From positions 256,001 through 320,000 of the forward strand of contig CAWETW010000002.1 in NCBI GenBank assembly GCA_963812155.1: a stretch of 64,000 bases of DNA. The letters are read 5' to 3'. The translations under genes were made by a program, and so were the position numbers. How positions within the stretch are numbered: position 1 is the first letter of the stretch; every line of letters starts with the position of its first letter. Source of the DNA: Vulcanimicrobiota bacterium (GTDB taxonomy: Bacteria; Vulcanimicrobiota; Vulcanimicrobiia; Vulcanimicrobiales; Vulcanimicrobiaceae). Of the stretch, positions 36,976 through 45,380 are shown piece by piece. A model generated the notes under the pieces. That model saw nothing but the letters and a program-made list of their open reading frames with translations. It had not been told where the DNA came from and ran no database searches.

Positions 36976-37056
36976 CCCGCGAAGCGGGGGCGCGCAGCGC
37001 GAAGCGCGGAGCGCTTTCAAACTTAAGGGGCCCCCAAAGAACGAAGTTTTTTGGGG
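36976..37056. repeat. Cluster of three REP-like hairpins with cGAAg loops
   Basis: CCCGC-GAA-GCGGG; GCGC[GCA]GCGC-GAA-GCGC[GGA]GCGC; CCCCAAAGAAC-GAA-GTTTTTTGGGG. Confidence 0.6.
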
Positions 37057-37079
37057 AGATATTTTTTGGGAGAGACGTC

Positions 37080-37667
37080 ATAGCACGACCGCTCCGCGTC
37101 AACGATCAGATTCGCATTCGATCGGTTCGGGTGATCGACGAAAACGGCGAACAACTGGGAATCTTGCCGACTGAAGACGCGCTCGCGCGCGCCCGCACGG
37201 CCGGCCTCGACCTCATCGAAGTTTCGCCGACGGCGCAGCCGCCCGTATGCAAGATCGCAGACTACGGCCGGCTCAAGTACGAGCAGTCCAAAAAAGACAA
37301 GGACGCTCGTAAGAAACAACGCCACTTCGAATTGAAAGAAGTCAAGTTGCGTCCGAAAATCGAGACGCACGACTACGAGACGAAGGCGCGCATGGCCGAG
37401 CGGTTGCTGATCGACGGCAGCAAGATCAAGGTAACGATCATGTTTCGCGGACGAGAGATCACGTACGCGTCGTTCGGGCGGCGGCTGCTCGATCGAATGG
37501 CCGAAGACATGATACCGCTGGCCACGATCGAGCGCGAGCCGAGACTCGAAGGAAGAAACATGTTCATGATTTTGGCGCCCCGTGCTACGCCGACCGGTCC
37601 GCCGAAATTCAGCCACACCGCACCAAAATTGGAGGAAAGCACCAGTGCCCAAAATTCGAACGCATAG
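37080..37667 (+). CDS. infC: Translation initiation factor IF-3 (ATA start)
   Basis: LRVNDQIR, GLDLIEVSP..PPVCKIADYG, KEVKLRP and FRGRE. GGGAG SD is followed by an in-frame ATA. Confidence 0.95.
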   Translation: MARPLRVNDQIRIRSVRVIDENGEQLGILPTEDALARARTAGLDLIEVSPTAQPPVCKIADYGRLKYEQSKKDKDARKKQRHFELKEVKLRPKIETHDYETKARMAERLLIDGSKIKVTIMFRGREITYASFGRRLLDRMAEDMIPLATIEREPRLEGRNMFMILAPRATPTGPPKFSHTAPKLEESTSAQNSNA

Positions 37668-37851
37668 AGGTACCGCCAAGCGCGTCAAAGTGAGCGCGAC
37701 GGGCAAGGTGCAGCATCGCCACCAATTCAGCGGCTGCGGCCATATCCTGAGCAAGAAGACCCGCAAGCGCAAGCGCAAATTCCGCAAGGATCAGCCGGTT
37801 TTCAAAGGCGACCTCAAGCGCCTGGCCCCCACGATTCCGTACTTGGTCTAG
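37645..37851 (+). CDS. rpmI: 50S ribosomal protein L35
   Basis: MPKIRTHRGTAKR..ATGK..H.LSKK; GGAGG SD. Confidence 0.95.
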   Translation: MPKIRTHRGTAKRVKVSATGKVQHRHQFSGCGHILSKKTRKRKRKFRKDQPVFKGDLKRLAPTIPYLV

Positions 37852-37869
37852 CGAGGAGAACACCGAACG

Positions 37870-38229
37870 ATGGCACGCATCAAGCGCGGGGTCCACGGCC
37901 TCAAGCACCGCCGCAAAGTCATGAAGCTCGTCAAGGGCTTCCGCGCGGCTCGTGGACGCAACTACCGGGTCGCCAACGAGGCGCTTCTCAAATCGCTCGC
38001 ATATGCGTTTCGCGACCGTCGCGTTCGCAAGCGCGACTTCCGTTCGCTATGGATCAGCCGCATCAACGCAGCCGTACGCCGCGAAGGGCTTTCCTATTCG
38101 GTCTTCATGAACGGATTGAAAAAATCGGGCGTCAGTTTAAATCGCAAAGCGTTAGCCGAACTCGCAATTTCGGATAACGCGGCGTTCGGCTCGCTCATGA
38201 ACATCGCCAAACAAGCCGTCCGCAAATAG
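37870..38229 (+). CDS. rplT: 50S ribosomal protein L20
   Basis: MARIKRG, YAFRDRR.RKRDFR.LWI.RINAA and NRK.LAELA. Confidence 0.98.
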   Translation: MARIKRGVHGLKHRRKVMKLVKGFRAARGRNYRVANEALLKSLAYAFRDRRVRKRDFRSLWISRINAAVRREGLSYSVFMNGLKKSGVSLNRKALAELAISDNAAFGSLMNIAKQAVRK

Positions 38230-38247
38230 AATAAATCTTCGAAGTAT

Positions 38248-38349
38248 ATAAGGCTTCCGGTTTTTCCGAATCTAGGAAGCGAGGGCCGAAGTTTGCTACG
38301 GCAAATGAGGCCCGAGCTGACAACGAGTCGGGAAAATCGGGAGCCTTAT
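38248..38349 (+). repeat. ~100-nt structured palindromic element, copy 2
   Basis: 25-position outer stem with three G-T pairs and one A/G mismatch; core shared with 29757-29856. Confidence 0.85.
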
Positions 38350-38615
38350 TCTTCGCCTTCGGCTAAGCGGCGGCCAGTCGCTTCCACCACCTTGCCGAGC
38401 ATCGTGACGGCTTCGGCGCGTGTGGTATTGCTGAACATGTAGCGCAGGCGTTCGTCGGCATCTTCGACGATCAGCACCGCGCGGCGGCCGGAACGCACGG
38501 AATCAATGAGCGAGTTCAAGTAGGCTTCGTCTTCGGGAGCCAGCGACGACGCTTCGGAATCGCGCGCGTCGAGTAGGCGTTTGAGGACGGCGTCGATATC
38601 GCTCGGTATTTCCAC
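38346..38615 (-). CDS. Small hypothetical protein (~89 aa)
   Basis: GGAGG SD before GTG 38615; fills the gap with protein-like composition. Confidence 0.6.
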   Translation of the reverse strand: MEIPSDIDAVLKRLLDARDSEASSLAPEDEAYLNSLIDSVRSGRRAVLIVEDADERLRYMFSNTTRAEAVTMLGKVVEATGRRLAEGEE

Positions 38616-38687
38616 GGCTGCCTCCAAGACCAAAAACCCCCGCGTCCGTATGACCGGTGCGCGAGCCGTTCGGGAGACTACGATGCG

Positions 38688-39245
38688 TTAGGGCGGAAAT
38701 CCGCCTTCGAATTCGTCTTTCTGCGAACGCATCCACAACAACCCCAGCACCGTCTTACAATCGGCGATGCCGCCTTCGGCAACCAAGCGCCACGCATCTT
38801 CGCAGGCGAATCGGCGCACCTCGATCCGCTCGTCTTCGTCGAGCGCTTGTTCGCCGGCTTCAAGACGATCGGCGTAGAAAAAATGCATGAGTTCGTCGCA
38901 GAATCCCGGCGTCGAATACAGCGCGAACACGTGTCGAATGCGGCCGGCACGAAACCCCGTTTCCTCGCGAAGTTCGCGCAACGCGCCGGCAGACGGCGCT
39001 TCGCCCGCGTCCGACCGGCCGGCCGGAAGCTCCCACAGCGCGGCGCGTGCCGGATGCCGATATTGGCGCACCAAAACCACTTCGCCGGGTGCAGGCGCGG
39101 CTGCGATCGTGAAGGACGGCCCGTGCTCGACGACGTCGATGCGGTGTTGCGAGCCGTCATCGTATCGTAGCTGGTCGATGCGCACCTTGAAGACCCGGCC
39201 TTCGAAGACGCGCGTCGAGGAGATCGTTTCGGGCAGTTCGCTCAT
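38688..39245 (-). CDS. NUDIX hydrolase (ADP-ribose pyrophosphatase-like)
   Basis: LVRQYR, ELPAG..ALRELREETG Nudix box, TPGF and DEDE.IEV. Confidence 0.92.
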   Translation of the reverse strand: MSELPETISSTRVFEGRVFKVRIDQLRYDDGSQHRIDVVEHGPSFTIAAAPAPGEVVLVRQYRHPARAALWELPAGRSDAGEAPSAGALRELREETGFRAGRIRHVFALYSTPGFCDELMHFFYADRLEAGEQALDEDERIEVRRFACEDAWRLVAEGGIADCKTVLGLLWMRSQKDEFEGGFPP

Positions 39246-39294
39246 CGCAACCGGGTTGGCGGGACCGTTCGCGCCCGCCTCGTATCATCTGTGC

Positions 39295-39501
39295 GTGCCG
39301 GCACCCCGTTCGTCCGTGCTCGTCGAGATCGGCTGGCTGGCGTTTTTCATCGCCGTCTTCGTCGTGCTCGTCTACCTGCTGGTCGGATTGCTGGTGCCGC
39401 ACCATTTCAACGACAAGATCGCGATCGCACTGGCGGCGCTCTTCGCCGGACTCATCATGATCGGTACGCGCGCCTGGGCGACGCGCGTGCAGCGACGGTA
39501 G
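39295..39501 (+). CDS. Small two-TM membrane protein (68 aa)
   Basis: Two hydrophobic segments and a basic tail; TATCAT -10-like box 6 nt before GTG. Confidence 0.6.
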   Translation: MPAPRSSVLVEIGWLAFFIAVFVVLVYLLVGLLVPHHFNDKIAIALAALFAGLIMIGTRAWATRVQRR

Positions 39502-39508
39502 CCCGCCG

Positions 39509-40285
39509 TTGCCCGTAGCACTCGGGCGGCACGCGCCCCGCCTCGCGGCCGTACGCGCGCTCAAGACGGTCAAGGGACGGCGCGAGCAGGGCCGTTTCGC
39601 CATCGAAGGCGCGACGCTGCTGGACGAAGCGTTGCGGGCTGGTCTTCCGATCGAAGCCCTGTACGTCACGCCGGCTGCCTACGCCGCGTCGCGGTTCGTC
39701 CGCGAACTCGACGAACGAGGGACGCCGACGTTCGCCATTGACGAGCGCACGGCCGCGGCGCTCTCCGACGTCGAAACGCCAAGCGGCATACTCGCCGTCG
39801 CACCGGTGCGCCGCGAGGAGGTTCTAGCGGTGCTGGGACGCGCGGGCCTGGTGCTCGTGCTCGCGGATCTCAACGACCCGGGCAACGCCGGCACGCTTGT
39901 CCGCTCGGCTGAAGCCTTCGGCGCGGCCGGCGTCGTCTTCGGACGCGCCGGCGTCGACCCGCATCACCCCAAGGTCGTCCGCGCCGCGATGGGCTCGCTC
40001 TTTCGTATGCCCGTGGCCGTCGGCGATGCGGGCGAAATGGGGCGGGCAGCGTCGGCGCTCGACGTTCGAGCGGTGGGGCTCGTCTCGGGCGGGTCGCCGC
40101 TGGAGAGCGGCGCCTGGCCTGCGCGCTGCGCCCTCGTCGTGGGCCACGAGCGCCATGGCCTCGGCGACTGGGCGGCCGCCTGCGACCGTCTGGTGGCGAT
40201 CCCAATGCAGGGTTCGGTCGAAAGCCTCAATGCGGCCGTGGCAGGATCGATCGCACTCTACCAAGCGGCTTCCAGGCAGTCCTGA
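39509..40285 (+). CDS. TrmH/SpoU family RNA methyltransferase
   Basis: DPGNAGTLVRSAEAFG, VGHERHG and IPM..ESLNAAVA. Confidence 0.93.
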   Translation: MPVALGRHAPRLAAVRALKTVKGRREQGRFAIEGATLLDEALRAGLPIEALYVTPAAYAASRFVRELDERGTPTFAIDERTAAALSDVETPSGILAVAPVRREEVLAVLGRAGLVLVLADLNDPGNAGTLVRSAEAFGAAGVVFGRAGVDPHHPKVVRAAMGSLFRMPVAVGDAGEMGRAASALDVRAVGLVSGGSPLESGAWPARCALVVGHERHGLGDWAAACDRLVAIPMQGSVESLNAAVAGSIALYQAASRQS

Positions 40286-40359
40286 GTGGATTTGCAAGCG
40301 GCTTGTCAAGAGAGTGTCTGGGGGCCAAAAAGTCAAGACTACCGGCCCTAAAAGTCACA

Positions 40360-40368
40360 TGCTATACT
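40360..40368 (+). promoter_or_regulatory. Extended -10 promoter element upstream of the small ORF and pheST
   Basis: TGCTATACT, preceded by AAAAGTCA direct repeats 22 bp apart. Confidence 0.55.
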
Positions 40369-40429
40369 CTCGGCATTCCTCGAGAACGCCGCCCAGGAGC
40401 CGACGGCTGAGAAGGAGACCGAGCGCGAC

Positions 40430-40528
40430 ATGACCGCCACTTTCTTCTGGAAGCTCTTCGCCCAAACGGGTTCGATCGACGCGTATCTGGCGTACCGAAA
40501 TCTGCATCCGGCATCTCATCCAAGCTGA
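40430..40528 (+). CDS. 32-aa YqzL-like small protein / candidate leader peptide
   Basis: MTATFFWKLFAQTGSIDAYLAYRNLHPASHPS; the W..F..TG.I..YL pattern matches my recollection of the YqzL family. AAGGAG at 40412-40417. Confidence 0.72.
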   Translation: MTATFFWKLFAQTGSIDAYLAYRNLHPASHPS

Positions 40529-40566
40529 AAGCGTCGCCGCGGACGCAAGAAGTCCGAGCCATTTGT

Positions 40567-40604
40567 GAAACGCCCGGCATAGTATGACCACCGGGCGTTT
40601 TTCT
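40567..40604 (+). terminator. Terminator-like hairpin between the small ORF and pheS
   Basis: AAACGCCCGG/CCGGGCGTTT 10-bp stem, running into TTTTTCT. Confidence 0.55.
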
Positions 40605-41639
40605 CATGGCGACCTCGCCTCCGAACTCCAATCCTTGGAACGGCGTTTCGACGACGCGCTCGCAGCGTCGTCCGGCGAAGCGGCGCTCGAAGCGGCGCGC
40701 GTCGCATTTCTCGGGCGCAGCGGCGAAGTCACGCGTCTGCGCCGGACGATCGGTACGCTTTCACCGGCCGAGCGCCCCGGCGCCGGAAAGCTGGTCAACG
40801 AAACCGTCGCCACGATGGAGGCCAGTTTCGCCGCCGCGCGCGAACGCTTCGAATCCGAATCGGTGCAGCGCGACCTCGAGCGTTCGATCGACGTGACGTT
40901 TCCCGCTATCCAACCCGAACTCGGCTCGTTGCATCCCGTGCGGCGCATCATCGACGACGCATGCGAATACTTTCGCCGGCACGGCTTCGCGGTGGTGACG
41001 GGCCCGGAGATCGAACCAGACTACTACAACTTCGACGCGCTCAACATTCCCGCCGATCATCCGGCGCGCGAAGGTTTCGATTCGTTTTGGCTCACCGACA
41101 CGCTGCTGTTACGTCCGCATACCTCGCCAATGCAGATTCGCACGATGCAGCTGCACCGGCCGCCCGTCGCGATCGTCGCTCCGGGAAAGTGTTATCGCCG
41201 CGATGCGCTCGATGCGCGGCACTTGTTTCAGTTCCATCAAATCGAAGGTTTGCTGGTCGCGCGCGGCATCCACTTCGGACACCTCAAAGGAATGCTGACC
41301 GGAATGTGCCGCGAGATCTTCGGCGCTTCCCAGAGCGTGCGTTTTCGGCCGTCGTTTTTTCCGTTCACCGAACCCAGCGCCGAGGTGGACACGACGTGCC
41401 CGAAATGCAAGGGTTCGGGCGGACGATGCGGCATGTGCGGCGGATCCGGTTGGATCGAACTAGGCGGGGCCGGGATGGTGCATCCCAACGTGCTGCGGGA
41501 GGTCGAATACGATCCGGACGTCTACTCGGGCTGGGCGTTTGGATTCGGGGCGGAACGGCTGGGTCTTTCACGTTACGACGTCGACGATATTCGTCGCTTC
41601 GTCGAAAGCGATCCCGGCTTTCTCGAGCAACTGCAGTAG
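40584..41639 (+). CDS. pheS: Phenylalanine--tRNA ligase alpha subunit (start uncertain)
   Basis: GSLHP, NFDALNIP.DHPAR, LRPHTSPMQ, FHQIEG, RFRPSFFPFTEPSAEVD and GMVHP. Confidence 0.97.
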   Translation: MTTGRFSHGDLASELQSLERRFDDALAASSGEAALEAARVAFLGRSGEVTRLRRTIGTLSPAERPGAGKLVNETVATMEASFAAARERFESESVQRDLERSIDVTFPAIQPELGSLHPVRRIIDDACEYFRRHGFAVVTGPEIEPDYYNFDALNIPADHPAREGFDSFWLTDTLLLRPHTSPMQIRTMQLHRPPVAIVAPGKCYRRDALDARHLFQFHQIEGLLVARGIHFGHLKGMLTGMCREIFGASQSVRFRPSFFPFTEPSAEVDTTCPKCKGSGGRCGMCGGSGWIELGGAGMVHPNVLREVEYDPDVYSGWAFGFGAERLGLSRYDVDDIRRFVESDPGFLEQLQ

Positions 41640-41654
41640 AGGCGAGGCGACCCA

Positions 41655-44018
41655 ATGCTCGTTCCCATCGGATGGTTGCGTGAGTTCGTCGACCTGCCCC
41701 GCGATGCCGAAGAGATCGCGGAGCGCCTGGCGATGCTCGGCTTTCCCGTCGAGGAGATCGTGCGGCGCCCGCATATTACCGGCGTCGTCGTCGGCACGAT
41801 TCTCGACGTCGAGAAGCATCCCAACGCCGACCGGCTGTTGGTCGCGCGCGTCGACGCCGGCGGCGACCGTCCGCTGACGATTGCGACGGCGGCAACGAAC
41901 GTTGCGGCCGGCCAAATGATTGCGGTCGCGACGATCGGCGCGCGGCTGCCGGAGTTGACGATCGAGCCGCGCAAGATGCGCGGCATCGCGTCGGAAGGCA
42001 TGATGATCTCCGCCGGCGAGTTGGCACTTCCGCCGGAGTGGTTTGAAGACGGAATCCTGCAACTCGAGCCGGGCGCGTCGCCGGGCACCGACGCCGTCGC
42101 ACTGCTCGGACTCGATGCCGGCGTGCTCGACGTCGAAGTCACGAGCAATCGCGTCGACGCGATGTCGATGCTCGGGCTCGCGCGCGAACTCGCCGCATCG
42201 TACGGAACGCCGTTGCGCGCGCCGTCGCTGGAAAATCCCGGCACTGCAATCGAAGCGCCCGGCGATGCGCCGGATGTGACGATCGAATCGCCCGACTGCA
42301 CCCGCTTCGTCACGCAGCGCTTCGACGCTTCGATTGGGACGGCGCCGGCTTGGATGCGCGTGCGCCTCGCGCTGGCCGGACAGCGCCCGATCAACAATCT
42401 GGTTGACGTTTCAAACTACGTGATGCTCGAGATCGGCCAGCCACTGCACTTCTACGACGCCTCCGCCGTGAAGGACGCACATTTCTTCGTGCGCGACGCA
42501 CGCGACGGCGAACGCCTCGTCACGCTCGACGGCGTCGAACGCACGCTCTCGACGCAGATGCTGGTCGTCGCCGATGCGCGCGCCGCACTCGGCCTCGCCG
42601 GCGTCATGGGCGGACTCGACAGCGAGGTCGGCGACGCGACGCGCGCGATTCTGCTCGAAGCCGCAAACTTCAACGGCGCGCGCGTCCGGCGCACGAGCTA
42701 TGCGCTCGCGCTGCGCAGCGAAGCGTCGTCGCGCCACGAGAAGACGCTCGCGCCGGCGCTCACCGACGCCGGCGCGGCCCGTGCCGCGCAACTGCTCTGC
42801 GAACTCGGTGCGACGGCGTACCGGCCGCACGCCTTCGGCGCCGAGCTACGCGCGGCCGAGCCGATCGCGCTGCGCTCCGGTGAAGTCGAACGGCTTCTCG
42901 GCGTGGCGATTCCAGCGCAGCGCATTGCCGAACACTTGCGCGCGCTCGGGTGTACGGTGGCCTCCGACGGCGCCGGCGCGTGCTCGGTCGTGCCGCCGGC
43001 GTGGCGCCGGGATCTGGTCAGCGCCGCCGATTTGATCGAAGAGGTCGCGCGCATGGAGGGCTACGACCGCATCGAAGCCGTCGTTCCATCGGTCGAACCG
43101 CACGACATTTCGAGCGCGCAGTACGATCGCGAAGGTGACGTCGCGCGCACGCTGGCGAGCCTTGGGTATCGCGAGGTGATTACGCTGTCGCTGCACGGCC
43201 GCGAGACGCTCGAACGCGCGCAGCGAAGCGGCATCCCGTTCGACGACGCGTATCTCGAAGTGCTCAACCCACTTTCCGAAGAGCAACGGTATTTGCGCGC
43301 GTCGCTCGCCGACGGGCTGATTCCGTATTTTGCAAAAGTGAACGCGCCGGTGCGCGTTTTCGAAATCGGGCACGTCTTTCGGCGGGATGACGGCGCTCCC
43401 GGCGAGCGCGCGATGCTGGCGTTCGGGTTTGCCGCCGAGCCGCTCGACGAACCGCCCTGGCGCGACGCGAACTTCCTCCGTTTGAAGGGCGACTGCGAAA
43501 CGCTCCTCGAGCGCGTGTGCGGGCGTCGCGGCGACGTTGCTCGCGCGCAAGCACCTGGGCTGCATCCCGGCACGAGTGCGTCGTTTTCCATCGAAGGGCA
43601 AGCCGTCGCCGTCCTGGGACGGCTGGATCCGCGTCTCGCGCACGCTTTCGACGTGCGCCTTCCGGTGTATCTCTGCTTCGCATCGCTCGACGCGCTGCCG
43701 CCCAAGGCAACGCCGGAGTATCGTGCGCCCTCGAAGTTTCCGGGAACCACTCGCGACGTCGCGCTTTCGGTCGGGCTCGACGTCACCGCGCTCGACGTGG
43801 AGCGCGCGATCGCGCGCGCGCTCGGCGGCGAGTGCACCGGCGTTCGCGTCTTCGACGAATATCGCGGCCCGCAAGTGGGCGAAGGCCGTAAAAGCATTGC
43901 CGTGCGCGTGGCGCTGCAGCGCTTTGACGCGACGATCACCGACGAACAGGCCGACGAGGCGATCGAGCGCGCGCTCGACGCAGTGGGCGGCGAGCTCGGC
44001 GCGGCAATTCGGACGTGA
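41655..44018 (+). CDS. pheT: Phenylalanine--tRNA ligase beta subunit
   Basis: KHPNADRL, RGIASEGM, NRVD, INNLVDVSNYVMLE.GQPLH, DLIEEVAR, FEIG and RDVA..FD.YRG. Confidence 0.97.
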   Translation: MLVPIGWLREFVDLPRDAEEIAERLAMLGFPVEEIVRRPHITGVVVGTILDVEKHPNADRLLVARVDAGGDRPLTIATAATNVAAGQMIAVATIGARLPELTIEPRKMRGIASEGMMISAGELALPPEWFEDGILQLEPGASPGTDAVALLGLDAGVLDVEVTSNRVDAMSMLGLARELAASYGTPLRAPSLENPGTAIEAPGDAPDVTIESPDCTRFVTQRFDASIGTAPAWMRVRLALAGQRPINNLVDVSNYVMLEIGQPLHFYDASAVKDAHFFVRDARDGERLVTLDGVERTLSTQMLVVADARAALGLAGVMGGLDSEVGDATRAILLEAANFNGARVRRTSYALALRSEASSRHEKTLAPALTDAGAARAAQLLCELGATAYRPHAFGAELRAAEPIALRSGEVERLLGVAIPAQRIAEHLRALGCTVASDGAGACSVVPPAWRRDLVSAADLIEEVARMEGYDRIEAVVPSVEPHDISSAQYDREGDVARTLASLGYREVITLSLHGRETLERAQRSGIPFDDAYLEVLNPLSEEQRYLRASLADGLIPYFAKVNAPVRVFEIGHVFRRDDGAPGERAMLAFGFAAEPLDEPPWRDANFLRLKGDCETLLERVCGRRGDVARAQAPGLHPGTSASFSIEGQAVAVLGRLDPRLAHAFDVRLPVYLCFASLDALPPKATPEYRAPSKFPGTTRDVALSVGLDVTALDVERAIARALGGECTGVRVFDEYRGPQVGEGRKSIAVRVALQRFDATITDEQADEAIERALDAVGGELGAAIRT

Positions 44019-44551
44019 TCGGCGGCTTTACGTGGCCCGATGCCGTCATCGTCCTCGTGCTCGTGGCCGCGACGTTCAAAGGCTTTCGGCGGGGGTTCGT
44101 CGGCGAACTCGGGGGAGTCGCGGCGCTCGCTGCGGCGTTGATCGCGCCGTGGTACTACAACGGCGCGGCCGACGCGCAGATTCAAATCTATAGCAAACTC
44201 AACCCCGGACAGGCCCACGTCGCGGGCATGCTGCTCACCGCCGTCTTTGCCTATATCGTCGTGCTCGCGCTGGCCGGCATTCTGGGGCGTATCGCGCGGC
44301 TGCCGATTCTGGGTACGGGCAACGCGCTGGCCGGTGGGGTGGTCGGCTTCGCCAAGGGCGCGATCCTGATTTGGATCCTGCTCTTCGTCGCGCTGCTCTT
44401 TCCCTTAACGCCGGCCGTTCGCGACAGCCTGAGGGACGCGCGTCTCGTGCCGTATTTTACTTCGTTCGACGATCCGGCGGCGCGTGCGGTCGAAACGATC
44501 GTGCCGTCATTTTTGCGTCCGATTTTCGATCCGCTGATTCAACGCCGCTAG
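44015..44551 (+). CDS. CvpA (colicin V production) family membrane protein
   Basis: D..I....GFRRGFVGEL, four TM segments, N.LAGG.VG..KG; GTGA overlap with pheT. Confidence 0.85.
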   Translation: MIGGFTWPDAVIVLVLVAATFKGFRRGFVGELGGVAALAAALIAPWYYNGAADAQIQIYSKLNPGQAHVAGMLLTAVFAYIVVLALAGILGRIARLPILGTGNALAGGVVGFAKGAILIWILLFVALLFPLTPAVRDSLRDARLVPYFTSFDDPAARAVETIVPSFLRPIFDPLIQRR

Positions 44552-45255
44552 TAAAATCGGCGGACGTTCTCGTTCCACCAGGGCCAGTCGTGTCCGAAGA
44601 CGCCGGGCCAAATCTCGCAGTGGTTCGGCACGCCGCGGCTCGAGAGCAGCGCCGAAAAGTCGCGATTGTCGTTGACGAGCGAATCGAACTCGCCGGTCGC
44701 GATCGTCCACTGCACGCCACGCAGGCGCGCTATCCACTCCGCATCCATGTTCGGAATGTACGCGGTTGGACAGTTAAAATAACACGTATCGTCCCAGTAG
44801 CCGTCGAGGAAACGATGAACGTCGTAAATCCCCGAGAAGCAGACGGCCTTCGTTACCAAACCGGGATAACGGGCCGCGAAATTGGCGGCATGATAGGCGC
44901 CGAAACTGCAGCCGAACACGCCGAGATCGCCGCGCCCGGTTACGCGTTGGACGTAAGGTACGAGTTCGTCGTGCAGGTAGCGATCGTACTGCGCGTGGCG
45001 CGCCGCGCGCGCCGCGGGCGGCGCTTTCTCGTTGTACCAACTCTCGGCATCGACCGAATCGACGCAAAAGAGCTGAATGAAACCCTGCTCGACCTTGTCG
45101 GCAAGCCAGTCGACGGTGTGCATGTCGGCATATTGATGGTAAGAGCCCATCGACGTCGGAAAGGCGATGACGCCGAAGCCGCGATCACCGAAGCGCAGAA
45201 ACTCCATCGACCGCTGCAACGCGCTGCTGACCCACGATTCGTGTTGGCAAAGCAT
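44548..45255 (-). CDS. Esterase family alpha/beta hydrolase
   Basis: W.S..L.R.M, FPTSMG, DSVD.ESW, GCSFGAYHA and HDWPWW. Confidence 0.88.
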   Translation of the reverse strand: MLCQHESWVSSALQRSMEFLRFGDRGFGVIAFPTSMGSYHQYADMHTVDWLADKVEQGFIQLFCVDSVDAESWYNEKAPPAARAARHAQYDRYLHDELVPYVQRVTGRGDLGVFGCSFGAYHAANFAARYPGLVTKAVCFSGIYDVHRFLDGYWDDTCYFNCPTAYIPNMDAEWIARLRGVQWTIATGEFDSLVNDNRDFSALLSSRGVPNHCEIWPGVFGHDWPWWNENVRRFY

Positions 45256-45380
45256 CCGGCCGCGGTACGCCGCGTCGCTGCGCGGGGCCTCTCGCCGTGC
45301 GAGGCGACGGCGTGCGAGGTGCCCGGGTGCCGCCCTTGAATCAAAGACGCCCGGCGCCAGATGAAACGGAGGGAGCCGCG

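Noticed and set aside
40286..40606. T-box riboswitch before pheS
   Set aside because: No GGGTGGNACC antiterminator bulge or stem I motifs were seen.
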